This document shows positions 1-9,046 of a stretch of DNA of 34,560 nt, one piece after another. Under the pieces are notes generated by a model. The model had not been told where the DNA came from and did no database searches. It saw nothing but the letters and a program-made list of their open reading frames with translations. This DNA is from a virus: UHGV virus genome UHGV-0119120. One strand, 5' to 3'. Position 1 is the stretch's first letter, and the number at the start of each line of letters is the position of its first letter. Position numbers and translations under genes: made by a program.

Positions 1-318
1 GTTAAACACGACTATGTTTTGCAGGCCAAAAGCTGACGCTCCCAAACCAAGGTTTGTGGTAATCGCTGTCGCCAGCTTTGCCACCAGTCCATCAACGTCA
101 CCATCATCGAGCGCGTCCAGTTCGGCGTTCGCGATAAACTGCCCCAGTACAGCCGCCATCGTCGACGGTTGGCGCAGCGCTTTACTGACCTGTGCGCTGG
201 ATGCTTTACCCGAGGAGAATCCTTTCTTCAGTGCGGTTAGCGTCTCCCATTCCTCCTGCGAGGTAACATTTGCATTAGCATCTGTCGCAAACGCTTTAAA
301 ATCATTAGTTCCAGCCAT
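1..318 (-). CDS. tail fibre protein, N-terminal part (gene continues beyond window start)
   Basis: Minus-strand ATG at 318-316 overlaps the stop of the upstream gene (TAATG). Translation MAGTNDFKAFATDANANVTSQEEWETLTALKKGFSSGKASSAQVSKALRQ... resembles the conserved N-terminus of myophage tail fibres. Absent from the ORF track because it has no stop in the window. Confidence 0.55.
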   Translation of the reverse strand, partial: MAGTNDFKAFATDANANVTSQEEWETLTALKKGFSSGKASSAQVSKALRQPSTMAAVLGQFIANAELDALDDGDVDGLVAKLATAITTNLGLGASAFGLQNIVVFN

Positions 319-998
319 TAAAGTAATCTCCCCCATGCGCCGTCATCAAAACCGGCGATGTATTCGTTATCCATGTCAAATCCAAAGAATTTTGTTCCTT
401 CGGACGGTGTTTCGACCGAGGGTGTTTCAACGCCGCCAGCCCATACACCAGCAGCTTTAACGGTGAGATAACCCTGTTTGATAGCGGCTATCAGTTCGAG
501 TGACACATCAGAAATATCAGTCTCGGGAAAAACCCAGACCGATATCGTCATGTCCTGGTTATCGACGATCTGCATCTTCAGTCCAGAGCCTGCGGTAGCA
601 GCGTCAAGGATGGGAGGCAGAGAGTCGTTCCGACCATCCCAGTTGTTGATAGCGATTTTCGCTTTCAGAATGATGCGGTACGTCTCATCACTCAGCGTCG
701 TATAGCCAGAATCAGGATCATATGGCCCTTGCCAGATGCCCTGGTCATATCCGAGCCCGTCAGTGTCCCAGCTGAAATAAACGCCGCTAATTGTCTGGCT
801 GACTATACGACTACGCCCAATCCACAGGCCGAGGATATCGAGTTGCACGCCAACCGCCGTATCGATATCGAAGGCTGTTACAAGCCCTGACATAGTGCTG
901 GACACATCAATCAGCGGGCGGGTGCTCAGATCTATATGGTCAAAAAAGAGTGGCTTGGTAGCATGGTAGTTAGTGATCAGTTCGGTGTATTTGCTCAT
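318..998 (-). CDS. DUF2612-like baseplate/tail protein (Mu gp48-like position)
   Basis: ORF 318..1034; likely start MSKYTELITNY at 998, giving an ATGA overlap with the upstream gene stop at 995. Sits between the J-like protein and the tail fibre. Confidence 0.55.
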   Translation of the reverse strand: MSKYTELITNYHATKPLFFDHIDLSTRPLIDVSSTMSGLVTAFDIDTAVGVQLDILGLWIGRSRIVSQTISGVYFSWDTDGLGYDQGIWQGPYDPDSGYTTLSDETYRIILKAKIAINNWDGRNDSLPPILDAATAGSGLKMQIVDNQDMTISVWVFPETDISDVSLELIAAIKQGYLTVKAAGVWAGGVETPSVETPSEGTKFFGFDMDNEYIAGFDDGAWGRLL

Positions 999-2194
999 GA
1001 GGTCACCGTGATAGTGACGTGACTCGCAACGCATGACGCAGATTCGTCATAAGCAATATCGATATTTCCGCTTGCGACTGAGTCAGAGGATTTGCCGATG
1101 AGCAGCTCCTGAATGTCGTAATAGCGAGCACTGCCTCCGCTTACCACGCCAAGGTTTGCCGGGGAATAAATACGGCTCAGCAGCACGTCGTCGCCAATTG
1201 TCAGGCCATTAATATAATCGGCAACAGCCTGTTTGATCTGCTCGCCGATTTGAGAGGTATACCCGGTAAAAACTTTCAGGGTAATGGCTACGAAAATCGG
1301 TACGTCGGTCGAGCGCGAAAAGTTAATGACGTGGGGATTACCGTAAGTATCTGGCACCGTGACAGAAGTTTTCCCGTAAGTTGCTGTTCCCTGCCCTTTA
1401 TTGCCCCTGATAGTCTGGGCGATTTCTGTCACATCACCGCCGTCAACAATCGCAGAAATGGAATGAGGCGGCAGCCCGTTGCTATCTGTCGAGCCAGTGT
1501 CATTCTCGTACAGTTTGTGACGTGTCACGCCATTAACATTAGCAATAGCACCGTCGACACCTTCAAACGGTGTGATCGATGGTAGCGCGACGCTTTGCCC
1601 CTGCCGAATGCGCAGCTCTGCGTCGGTTTCGGCTGGTGAACCGACAGTAGCCGCAACTGGATTGGTTACCGACACCCAACCTCGGGTCGGGGTGTTGATA
1701 GTGGTAATAGTCCCGGCCAGCGCCGCAACCGAACCGCTATTCGCACATGTGGCCGTCACCAGCACAGTACCATCAACGCCGATCGCCACACTCGCTGGAA
1801 AATTCCAGATAATGCCGTTTTTATCCCGTGCGGAGCCATTCGTGATAGTCGTGCCTGCCGTACCGGTTAACAGAAGGTCAGCAGTAGAGTTTGTCGCTAC
1901 TTTTCGCGTGATCCCGTTAATTTTCACATTGTTGCTAAGCGCTGCGGCCTGCGCTGTCGTCGGTGAAAAAGAGTTGTAGATCTCGATAGCGGTATTGTTA
2001 GCGTCATGCACCGCAAGAGCCACCAGCGCGACCATTTGCCCATCTTTGCTGTCTGGTTCGAGGTAGGCATCACTACCGTAAATCTGCCTGAAATAGCTGG
2101 TCAGTGTATCAAGGATTGTCTGGTAATCAGGCGCACTAATCCCCTGGGCGGTTACCGTTGCCGATAGCCCCAGCGTGTCGAGGTTCAAAGCCAT
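995..2194 (-). CDS. baseplate J-like protein (Mu gp47 / P2 gpJ family)
   Basis: 399 aa ORF, translationally coupled to neighbours; size and position after the spike and wedge genes are typical of Baseplate_J proteins. Confidence 0.65.
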   Translation of the reverse strand: MALNLDTLGLSATVTAQGISAPDYQTILDTLTSYFRQIYGSDAYLEPDSKDGQMVALVALAVHDANNTAIEIYNSFSPTTAQAAALSNNVKINGITRKVATNSTADLLLTGTAGTTITNGSARDKNGIIWNFPASVAIGVDGTVLVTATCANSGSVAALAGTITTINTPTRGWVSVTNPVAATVGSPAETDAELRIRQGQSVALPSITPFEGVDGAIANVNGVTRHKLYENDTGSTDSNGLPPHSISAIVDGGDVTEIAQTIRGNKGQGTATYGKTSVTVPDTYGNPHVINFSRSTDVPIFVAITLKVFTGYTSQIGEQIKQAVADYINGLTIGDDVLLSRIYSPANLGVVSGGSARYYDIQELLIGKSSDSVASGNIDIAYDESASCVASHVTITVTS

Positions 2195-2548
2195 TTATGC
2201 CTCGCTTGTTACAGTCGTCTGGCCGTAGATTGTGTCAATGGAGGAAGTGAAGGTGACGCGACGGCTGGTGCCGTCATAATTGGTATCGAAGGAAAGAATC
2301 GACAGAACGCCCGGTGTATCCTGTATGCGTTCGCGTATGGCCAGGATGTAGACGTCAGAACGCTGCTTACCCAGCACTGACTGGACATACGGCGTGCCTT
2401 CCGTCAGATCGAGAAACCACTGACCGCGCCACAGCTCGAAACGGGTTTTTACGGCCTGGGCGACACATTCCGGACTGTCGATAAGGAAAGTATCGTCACC
2501 CTGGCCGAAAGTGTAATCGCCTTCAGTATCTTCGCGACGGTATCGCAT
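2195..2548 (-). CDS. small baseplate wedge protein (Mu gp46 / gpW-like)
   Basis: 117 aa ORF directly between the spike and the J-like gene; start overlaps the spike stop. Confidence 0.5.
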   Translation of the reverse strand: MRYRREDTEGDYTFGQGDDTFLIDSPECVAQAVKTRFELWRGQWFLDLTEGTPYVQSVLGKQRSDVYILAIRERIQDTPGVLSILSFDTNYDGTSRRVTFTSSIDTIYGQTTVTSEA

Positions 2549-3288
2549 TATTGCGGCCCTCCGGTAGTTCCCCCGCCAGTCTGTACTCCGCCATGTTTAT
2601 GCGTGGCGACACTGATACCAGAAGCTGTTACGTCATTCGTTACCGTCACCGGCCCAAGCATCGTCGCAGTACCGCCGCTTTCTCCCATTCCCTGAGACAG
2701 GTTACCGTTAATCGTTACGTTGCCGTTCAGCGTGATAGTCGGGGATGTGATTGTCGTTCCACCCTCAGCCGTAGCCGTGAGCTGGCCCGGTGTTTGAACG
2801 GTGATGTTATGTCCTGCGGCAACCTCTACGAACGCCGCACCATCATCGGTTCTCAGCTGCGCGGCGCTGGTACTGATACCGCTGATTTTCTGTGCTTGCG
2901 ACTGCGGGCCAACGATGGCGAACGCATCAGATAAGTCATGCTGGCGCGGGTCGACTGTCTCCTGAACGCCGCCGCTCTGCCACCAGAAATCGATGCAACG
3001 GTCGGCAAAGAGCAGCAGGCACTCGTCGCCTTCTTTTACCGGAAAGGTCAGCGTGCAACCGCCGCCGCGCGGGAAGATAACCGGCACATCCACCAGCGGT
3101 TTTAATTCGGTGGAGTCGTCGCCAACAATACCGCGAAGCGCCACCTCTACTGTGCAAGTAACAGCGTCAGGATCGAACGACTGAATGATGCCTGGAATCG
3201 CTACGCGCATCTGGGTAGACACCGAATCGGCAATGGCCTGCGCAGTCTGCTGCTCACCGCCGATCTGTGATTGAGTTGGAATTGGCAT
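2548..3288 (-). CDS. baseplate spike / central puncturing protein (Mu gp45 / P2 gpV-like)
   Basis: 246 aa; Gly/Thr-rich C-terminus (TTITSPTITLNGNVTINGNL...GGVQTGGGTTGG) typical of spike beta-structure; located downstream of the hub gene. Confidence 0.6.
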   Translation of the reverse strand: MPIPTQSQIGGEQQTAQAIADSVSTQMRVAIPGIIQSFDPDAVTCTVEVALRGIVGDDSTELKPLVDVPVIFPRGGGCTLTFPVKEGDECLLLFADRCIDFWWQSGGVQETVDPRQHDLSDAFAIVGPQSQAQKISGISTSAAQLRTDDGAAFVEVAAGHNITVQTPGQLTATAEGGTTITSPTITLNGNVTINGNLSQGMGESGGTATMLGPVTVTNDVTASGISVATHKHGGVQTGGGTTGGPQ

Positions 3289-3297
3289 AAAAACCCC

Positions 3298-3325
3298 ATA
3301 AAAAAAACCCGCTCGGAGGCGGGTT
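3298..3325 (-). terminator. rho-independent terminator after the moron cassette
   Basis: Minus-strand hairpin AACCCGC-CTCCGA-GCGGGTT followed by a run of 8-9 T, 38 nt downstream of the stop at 3363. Confidence 0.6.
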
Positions 3326-3362
3326 AGTGATCAAAGAATGGATTGAAGCAATTGGCTGTTAG

Positions 3363-3572
3363 TTAGCCACTCAACATTCGTTTGACGGCATCAAGGATTG
3401 CAGGAAGCGCAGGTATTAATTGAGCAAAAATAACCGCACCGACAACCCACATAATGATACTGTTCTTGGCGTTGCTGACGTCTTCTTTTGTGGCGTAATT
3501 TGATTTCATGACAGCCAAGTCTGTCTTGATAGACTGGACGTCTTTTTCAAGCTCCCTTACTCGCTGTTGCAT
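3363..3572 (-). CDS. small coiled-coil protein with C-terminal transmembrane helix (XhlA/holin-like architecture)
   Basis: Likely start MQQRVRELEKDV preceded by AGGAG with 8-nt spacer (the ORF-track start at 3665 is probably upstream of the true start). C-terminal hydrophobic segment IIMWVVGAVIFAQLIPALPAIL. Locally AT-rich. Confidence 0.45.
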   Translation of the reverse strand: MQQRVRELEKDVQSIKTDLAVMKSNYATKEDVSNAKNSIIMWVVGAVIFAQLIPALPAILDAVKRMLSG

Positions 3573-3645
3573 GTCATCGTCTCCTGTTGGTGGTTCGCCA
3601 CCCTCTCTTTTTCTGAGCGGCGGGAATCTCCCCATCGTTACGTTA

Positions 3646-4002
3646 TCAGTCTGCCTTTGAGCCACCGTCTCCCTCCTGATCTTCTATCCATTTAAGCACA
3701 GGGTAAACAGCGAAACTATGCACAAATCCGCAGTTGTTACATGGTAGCCTGTACTCATAATTATAAAGGGAGTGCGGAGGTCCACCGCCATCAACTTTCG
3801 AATAATTTAAAAAAGCCTGATGCCCAATAGGAGCCATAAGAGGAACACCAATGTCGTCACTGCCGCACACCTTACATGTTAAACCTTCAATTCCTCTTTC
3901 CACGAGAAAGCTGGAAAACTTATCCATCGTTACAACGGATAACATTTTCATTAATTCATTATCGAGATCTCTCTCTATTTGCTTTCTTGTTTCTTTGTCC
4001 AT
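3646..4002 (-). CDS. Cys-rich protein with two CxxC pairs (possible zinc ribbon), unknown function
   Basis: 118 aa ORF containing CKVCG and CNNCG about 40 residues apart; AT-rich; a TACAAT -10-like element lies upstream. Start codon uncertain. Confidence 0.4.
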   Translation of the reverse strand: MDKETRKQIERDLDNELMKMLSVVTMDKFSSFLVERGIEGLTCKVCGSDDIGVPLMAPIGHQAFLNYSKVDGGGPPHSLYNYEYRLPCNNCGFVHSFAVYPVLKWIEDQEGDGGSKAD

Positions 4003-4083
4003 GCGCCGAGCTCTATTGATGTTTCCCGCATTGTAACAGTGAAGAAAATCGAAATGGCACTGGTTTTTTGATCATGCGAAGAA

Positions 4084-4425
4084 TCACTTAACCTTCACGC
4101 AGTCGTATGTTGCATACTGACGTGGTGCATCCATATTTGCTTGCAGCCACTGAGCATTCAGGATTGCTTTACCATTACGGCCAATAAACTCCATTCCCAC
4201 CCATCGCCCAGGTTGATTTGTCGCTAAGCGCCATTCAATTTTGACGTTATTATAATCACCGTCATTTTTAAGAAATGTCACTTTTTGCGATTCAGGTTTA
4301 GCTCCGTTTACGCGAGCGAAACCATCATCAGCCCAATGGATTTTGAAATCACCACACTGAGAATCAGCAATAGCCTGGAAAGAAAATAATGCTGCAATGG
4401 TAAAAATTACGAGTTTCACGTCCCG
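4084..4425 (-). CDS. secreted/periplasmic protein with Sec signal peptide, unknown function
   Basis: GTG start preceded by GAGGT; N-terminus (V)KLVIFTIAALFSFQAIA|DSQ is a typical signal peptide with AxA cleavage site; two Cys in the mature part; AT-rich. The RBS overlaps the stop of the hub gene. Confidence 0.5.
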   Translation of the reverse strand, partial: RDVKLVIFTIAALFSFQAIADSQCGDFKIHWADDGFARVNGAKPESQKVTFLKNDGDYNNVKIEWRLATNQPGRWVGMEFIGRNGKAILNAQWLQANMDAPRQYATYDCVKVK

Positions 4426-4429
4426 TACC

Positions 4430-5494
4430 TCAGTAGTTTGTTTTTTGCATAGCACCAGCATTAACCAAATCACGACTGCCACGCGCAAAACACATCAAAT
4501 CCATGTACCACGCCTGACCTCTGGTGTCGCCAGTATAGTCGATAGCTTTGACGATATAAACGCCATCCGTCGCAATGCTGGCAGCCTGTGACGTCGTGCC
4601 GGTCAGCACACGGTTGCCGTTCTCTTCTGTTTCGGTGATACGCCCGGGCGACTGTGCTATTTCGCTATTGCCGAGCGTGGCGCGGTACACCGAAGCCTGA
4701 TCGAGCTGGATAAGACCATTAATACGGATGTTTGGGTTTATCAGGCACCGCACGTTTACTCCGCCGCCCATCGTTTGTTGCGGCATACCGATCAGGCCAG
4801 TATCGGCATTCAACACAATGGCTTCGTGAATATATTTATCCTCCGGCACCATCTGGACCTGACCATCCACCAGCTGCCATGTCGCTTTGCACTGCGCAGC
4901 AATATTATCCATCACGTTACGGGTGGATGAATAAATCGCACGGCCACGAGGAAACACGGTATCAGGAAAGTCACCGGTAATGCCCTGCGTCACGCCGAAC
5001 GCGTTGAAATCCTGCATAGTCGCCCGGTGCAGGTCCGCAACGGTATAACCAGCGGCAAGCGTGGTGATGGTAGTCGCGTAGAGGAACGCTTCGTGGTTAC
5101 TGATGGCCTGAATCAGCACCCAGGAATCGGTGATGTTGTCCTTCCCGGTGACGGTGAAGCGAATATCACCGTCAAATATCAGGCCGTAGTTCTGACCGTT
5201 CACCTGCCCTACCTGGTCTGGTGAAATCTCCCGGGCGACACCAACCTGGCTCGCATCAACATCCGGCGCAATACCGTCATACCCGGCAATGATGCGAATT
5301 TTTGCAAACTCCTGCCCCAGTATCTTGTTCGTGGTATCGGTCGAAAGGTTGTAAATTTTCACGTTTGCCACGCGCGGCCAGCGTGTATCTGCCCACTCGA
5401 TCTGGAACGTGACTTTAAAGTCAGACAGGGAAATACCCTGCCCGTTCTGGTCCAACAGCTGCAACTCAAAATGGCGCATCCAGTTAAGAGACAT
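4430..5494 (-). CDS. baseplate hub protein (Mu gp44 / P2 gpD-like)
   Basis: 354 aa ORF between the tape measure-proximal tail genes and the spike, in the position of the myophage hub. Confidence 0.5.
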   Translation of the reverse strand: MSLNWMRHFELQLLDQNGQGISLSDFKVTFQIEWADTRWPRVANVKIYNLSTDTTNKILGQEFAKIRIIAGYDGIAPDVDASQVGVAREISPDQVGQVNGQNYGLIFDGDIRFTVTGKDNITDSWVLIQAISNHEAFLYATTITTLAAGYTVADLHRATMQDFNAFGVTQGITGDFPDTVFPRGRAIYSSTRNVMDNIAAQCKATWQLVDGQVQMVPEDKYIHEAIVLNADTGLIGMPQQTMGGGVNVRCLINPNIRINGLIQLDQASVYRATLGNSEIAQSPGRITETEENGNRVLTGTTSQAASIATDGVYIVKAIDYTGDTRGQAWYMDLMCFARGSRDLVNAGAMQKTNY

Positions 5495-5496
5495 TT

Positions 5497-5802
5497 CTAC
5501 TCCTGTACGAAAATGAGGTGGCTGTATGTGCCGAGGTTGGTTTTGGTTGGCTCGTCCGGTGCGCCCACATCGCAGCCTACGAGCAGCGCCCCGTTAATAC
5601 CTAGTTGAGGATATTGCTCAAGAAGATTTACACCGGTTACCAGCGGCACACCAGAAAGAAGCGGTTCGCCACTGCTATCTTGTACATCCAGAATCCAGCC
5701 AGCAGAATCACGCCAAATGACTCTCAGCGTGTATGTTGTCTCTGCTAACTGAATGCGAAATAGCTGGTTATCCGGCGATAAAGGGATTTCAGTTACATTC
5801 AT
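5497..5802 (-). CDS. small tail/baseplate protein
   Basis: 101 aa ORF, tightly packed between the 208 aa tail protein and the hub gene. Confidence 0.4.
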   Translation of the reverse strand: MNVTEIPLSPDNQLFRIQLAETTYTLRVIWRDSAGWILDVQDSSGEPLLSGVPLVTGVNLLEQYPQLGINGALLVGCDVGAPDEPTKTNLGTYSHLIFVQE

Positions 5803-6425
5803 TGGATACCTATAGAGTTGCCAAGACTGGTTCCTTTTAGCCCATCAAACCACCCCGTTGACTTAATTACCGATTCATTTACCGGGGTGGTGGATTTAGT
5901 CCCGGAATTCTGCACCGCAGATGTACTAACACCATCCTGCATATCGGATTTATCAGCAACAGTGACATTTTTTGTCTGCGTTATGATGACCTCACGCAGG
6001 GTAAGCGTGCAGTTCAGCACGTTCTCGCTGGTTTTATCGGTAGTCACCTCAATGGCACGCACCAGCATATTGGTGTACACCCTCTTTCCGGTCACCACAT
6101 CGAACGGCACGCGCTCAAGCTGCATATCCAGCAGCTTTTGGTATGTCTCCTTAGGGCTAAGCCCAGCGCTAAGACCGATTGAAGATGTATCAATGAAGTC
6201 CAGCAACGAACCGCCACCAGCGAAGCCGCATTCCATTGTGACTTCGCTGGGACGCTTATACGCATGATCGGCGATGAAACCCGAGGCACTATTCGTTGTT
6301 GGCTTCTCCACCGGGTGCTCAGTAATTTCGAGCGCATCAGAATGCTTTTCGGAGACGACCACGCTGGGAATTAATATGCCAATTCGCCGGGATTGCTGGC
6401 GAAAAATCGCTGATAAAATATCCAT
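5799..6425 (-). CDS. tail protein downstream of tape measure (putative distal tail/baseplate component)
   Basis: 208 aa ORF; its start overlaps the tape measure stop. Confidence 0.4.
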   Translation of the reverse strand: MDILSAIFRQQSRRIGILIPSVVVSEKHSDALEITEHPVEKPTTNSASGFIADHAYKRPSEVTMECGFAGGGSLLDFIDTSSIGLSAGLSPKETYQKLLDMQLERVPFDVVTGKRVYTNMLVRAIEVTTDKTSENVLNCTLTLREVIITQTKNVTVADKSDMQDGVSTSAVQNSGTKSTTPVNESVIKSTGWFDGLKGTSLGNSIGIQ

Positions 6426-8440
6426 TATCTCGGTCCTGCGGGGAGTTGCTGGGTTAACTGTGAATTCACGCCCTTTTGACGGTCAACAGTCAAACGGGCA
6501 GCTTCGCGAGGATCGGAAACGCCGTGGATGTTAATATTCGTTTCCTGCTGAATCACCGGGGCGCTGGTGGGCATGTTGCTCATTACTTTCGGAATGTAGT
6601 TACGCGTTTCCTGCGGCATTAACCCCATGCCATAGCGCTTAACATTCCCGATCCCCCAGTTATATGATGCCAGTGCTTTGCTAAGGTCTCCGCCGTTCTG
6701 CCGCAACAGCTGGCTGAGGTACTTAGCTGCGGCCTGAGCTGACTTTTGCGGGTCGAATACATCGTTTCCGCGAAGGCCCATGTCGCGCGCCGTACCATCC
6801 ATAAACTGAAACAGACCTTTAGCGCCAGCGCCTGAAACGGCGAACTGATTACCGCCAGATTCCGTTATGGCCACACTGCGCAATAACCCCTCCGGAAGCC
6901 GGTAGAGCTGTTCCAGGTTGGTAAGCATCGGCTGCATCCATCCCAGCAGTTCAGAGCCTGCTTTGGTTGGCTGTGGCCGCTTAACTGACTGGCCGAGCTG
7001 TTCAGGCTCATCATCACCGAACCAGCCGCGCACCGTTCGGCCCACGCTGCGAGGATCGAATCCCCAGTGCTCTTTAATCCAGTCGGCGGTACCGTTGGCG
7101 CTGTCTGTTACCATCGGCATCGCTGACGGATTTTCGCTGCCCTGATTTAGCAGCTGTTTGCCTATACTAGCGGCCTGCGCCCAGTTGCCATCTTTTATGG
7201 CATTCAGCAAATCAGCGATCATGTTCAGCATCTTGCCGAACTCACCCATTTGCGAAATGAAGTTGCTAAAATCCCACTTTAGGGACCATGACTTGGGGTC
7301 AATACCGAGCAACTTAGCCAGCGCTTTTGTCAGGTCCGTAACAGTCTTTTTCAGGTCACCAATCATTTTGACGGCCTGATCAATTTCAGTCTTCCATTTC
7401 CCCCAGTCAATCAGGCTTTTGCCACCTTCTTTCCACGTCTGGTAATCATCCAAGAGCAGACCAAGTGCAATAATAAGCGTCGTTATCATGCCCAAGGGTG
7501 ATGACATGAAAGCGGTATTTAGCAGCCGCCATGCAACCAACAGCCCACTGAACAATGCGATAAGCTGCTGCGTGGCTGGGTTCAGCTTTTTGAACCAGGC
7601 GATCACACCCTCAACAGCTTGCCCAGTTCGCCATAACACGCGGGTAATCGCGTCACCTGCCCAGAGAATTCCTTTGATGATCTTCGTGATGACCGCTTCA
7701 ATCTTCGGCCAGTTGTCGAGTATCTGCCTGCGGAAGTTATCAATACTGCCAGCAAGGCCACCAGCTAGGTTAGAGCCAATCTTGTCTTTCGCCTGTCCAA
7801 GCGTCATCGTCAGATTACGCATGGAGGTCATGAAAATATTGGACTGTTTAGCCGCTGACTCAGCATTAAAACCAATACGCTTTGCCGTCAACGCGTACTC
7901 AGAACTGAGCTGCCCCATCCCTCTGCGCATCGCCATCAGCGTGTTTTCATCGATGCCAAGCATCTGCGCGTATTGTTTCGCGCGGTAATACGGCATGTTG
8001 TTGAGCTTTTGCCCAACGCCAGTAAAGATGGCCGCAGTATCACGCATCTTTCCGCTGGCATCGCGGGTCTGTACGCCCAGACGGTTCAGGAACCCTTCCG
8101 CCCCCGGATTGCTACGCATGAAACCAGCCAACCCTTCAAGAGAGGACATGGCCGACTCGGCGCTGGCACCGGTTTGCGATGCGGCATAGCCCAGCGCTTT
8201 GATGCCCTGGACGCTGGCCCCCGTCCGCTGGGATGCCCAGTAAATTTTATCCAGACCATTCGCGATCTGGGTGGTAAATCCGACAATGCTAAGCGCTGAG
8301 CCTTTCACCACCGCGCCGACCTTCAGAACGTTCGCGGTAACGCCTTTCAGCACGGCTTCAAACTTATTAGCGCCAGCCTGATCGATATCGAATCCCAGCG
8401 AAACAAGGAAATCTTTAATCGTATCTGCGTTACCGCTCAT
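6425..8440 (-). CDS. tail tape measure protein with C-terminal lytic transglycosylase (SLT) domain
   Basis: 671 aa; central hydrophobic/helical segments; C-terminal LPEGLLRSVAITESGGNQFAVSGAGAKGLFQFM...ASYNWGIGNV matches the SLT catalytic signature (ES...GLMQ-type, AYN motif). Confidence 0.8.
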   Translation of the reverse strand: MSGNADTIKDFLVSLGFDIDQAGANKFEAVLKGVTANVLKVGAVVKGSALSIVGFTTQIANGLDKIYWASQRTGASVQGIKALGYAASQTGASAESAMSSLEGLAGFMRSNPGAEGFLNRLGVQTRDASGKMRDTAAIFTGVGQKLNNMPYYRAKQYAQMLGIDENTLMAMRRGMGQLSSEYALTAKRIGFNAESAAKQSNIFMTSMRNLTMTLGQAKDKIGSNLAGGLAGSIDNFRRQILDNWPKIEAVITKIIKGILWAGDAITRVLWRTGQAVEGVIAWFKKLNPATQQLIALFSGLLVAWRLLNTAFMSSPLGMITTLIIALGLLLDDYQTWKEGGKSLIDWGKWKTEIDQAVKMIGDLKKTVTDLTKALAKLLGIDPKSWSLKWDFSNFISQMGEFGKMLNMIADLLNAIKDGNWAQAASIGKQLLNQGSENPSAMPMVTDSANGTADWIKEHWGFDPRSVGRTVRGWFGDDEPEQLGQSVKRPQPTKAGSELLGWMQPMLTNLEQLYRLPEGLLRSVAITESGGNQFAVSGAGAKGLFQFMDGTARDMGLRGNDVFDPQKSAQAAAKYLSQLLRQNGGDLSKALASYNWGIGNVKRYGMGLMPQETRNYIPKVMSNMPTSAPVIQQETNINIHGVSDPREAARLTVDRQKGVNSQLTQQLPAGPR

Positions 8441-8675
8441 TGGCCGCTCTCCATTTATCTACCCGGGCGTCGTTATCCTCGCGCATGTCGAGGTAGTCAT
8501 TGAGAAGCGCGATACGGCAGAGGTCTACCGCACCGCTGTTAAGGTCTTTCTGGTCAATATGGAAGGCAAGCGCCGGACGAAGAATAAAGTCTTCACCGCC
8601 CGGCAGGCTGTTGAAGGTTATTCCGCTGGCGGGGTGGGCGTCTCGCTGGTAGGGAGTCCTTGCAAAAAATTTCCC
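8430..8675 (-). CDS. -1 frameshift extension of the tail assembly chaperone (lambda G/GT-like)
   Basis: Slippery run GGGAAATTTTTTG (minus strand, plus coordinates 8663-8675) near the chaperone C-terminus. The -1 frame is open for about 60 codons (...FNSLPGGEDFILRPALAFHIDQKDL...VDKWRAANER) and ends at a TAA overlapping the tape measure ATG. Confidence 0.5.
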   Translation of the reverse strand, partial: GKFFARTPYQRDAHPASGITFNSLPGGEDFILRPALAFHIDQKDLNSGAVDLCRIALLNDYLDMREDNDARVDKWRAANER

Positions 8676-9043
8676 AGCGAGTCGGCGACCACCCGCGCCA
8701 CCAGTTGCAGCATGGTAAGCAGGTCGATATCGTCAAACGCCATTTCGCCATGCTGGCAGACCGGCACCCAGCCTTTCATGTGCTCGCGTGAAACAACGGA
8801 AAGACAGGGGAACAGGATAGCGTCCACGTCGCCATCACTCAGATCGGACACAGCATTGGCAATCTTTGGCAGGATGGTAGCCATCGCGCCTTCGGTGTCT
8901 TTGCTGCTGATCTTCTCCTGAACGCTCCGGAAGTCCGAAACCATCCCGGCCAGAACCGGCAACAGCTTGCGGGACACCTTCAGCTGTTCGAAAACGCTGA
9001 GCTTTGCGGTGCGATATTTCACGCCTTTAATTTCGAATTCCAT
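8618..9043 (-). CDS. tail assembly chaperone
   Basis: 141 aa acidic protein between the tube and tape measure genes, with a frameshift site at its 3' end. Confidence 0.6.
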   Translation of the reverse strand: MEFEIKGVKYRTAKLSVFEQLKVSRKLLPVLAGMVSDFRSVQEKISSKDTEGAMATILPKIANAVSDLSDGDVDAILFPCLSVVSREHMKGWVPVCQHGEMAFDDIDLLTMLQLVARVVADSLGNFLQGLPTSETPTPPAE

Positions 9044-9046
9044 GCG

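Noticed and set aside
14-460. Plus-strand 148 aa ORF at the window start
   Set aside because: Low-complexity Ser/Pro-rich translation, antisense to the tail fibre N-terminus and the DUF2612-like gene on the minus strand; most likely a shadow ORF.
6918-8299. Plus-strand ORFs (64-166 aa) inside the tape measure gene
   Set aside because: Antisense shadow ORFs within a 671 aa gene that has a clear SLT domain.
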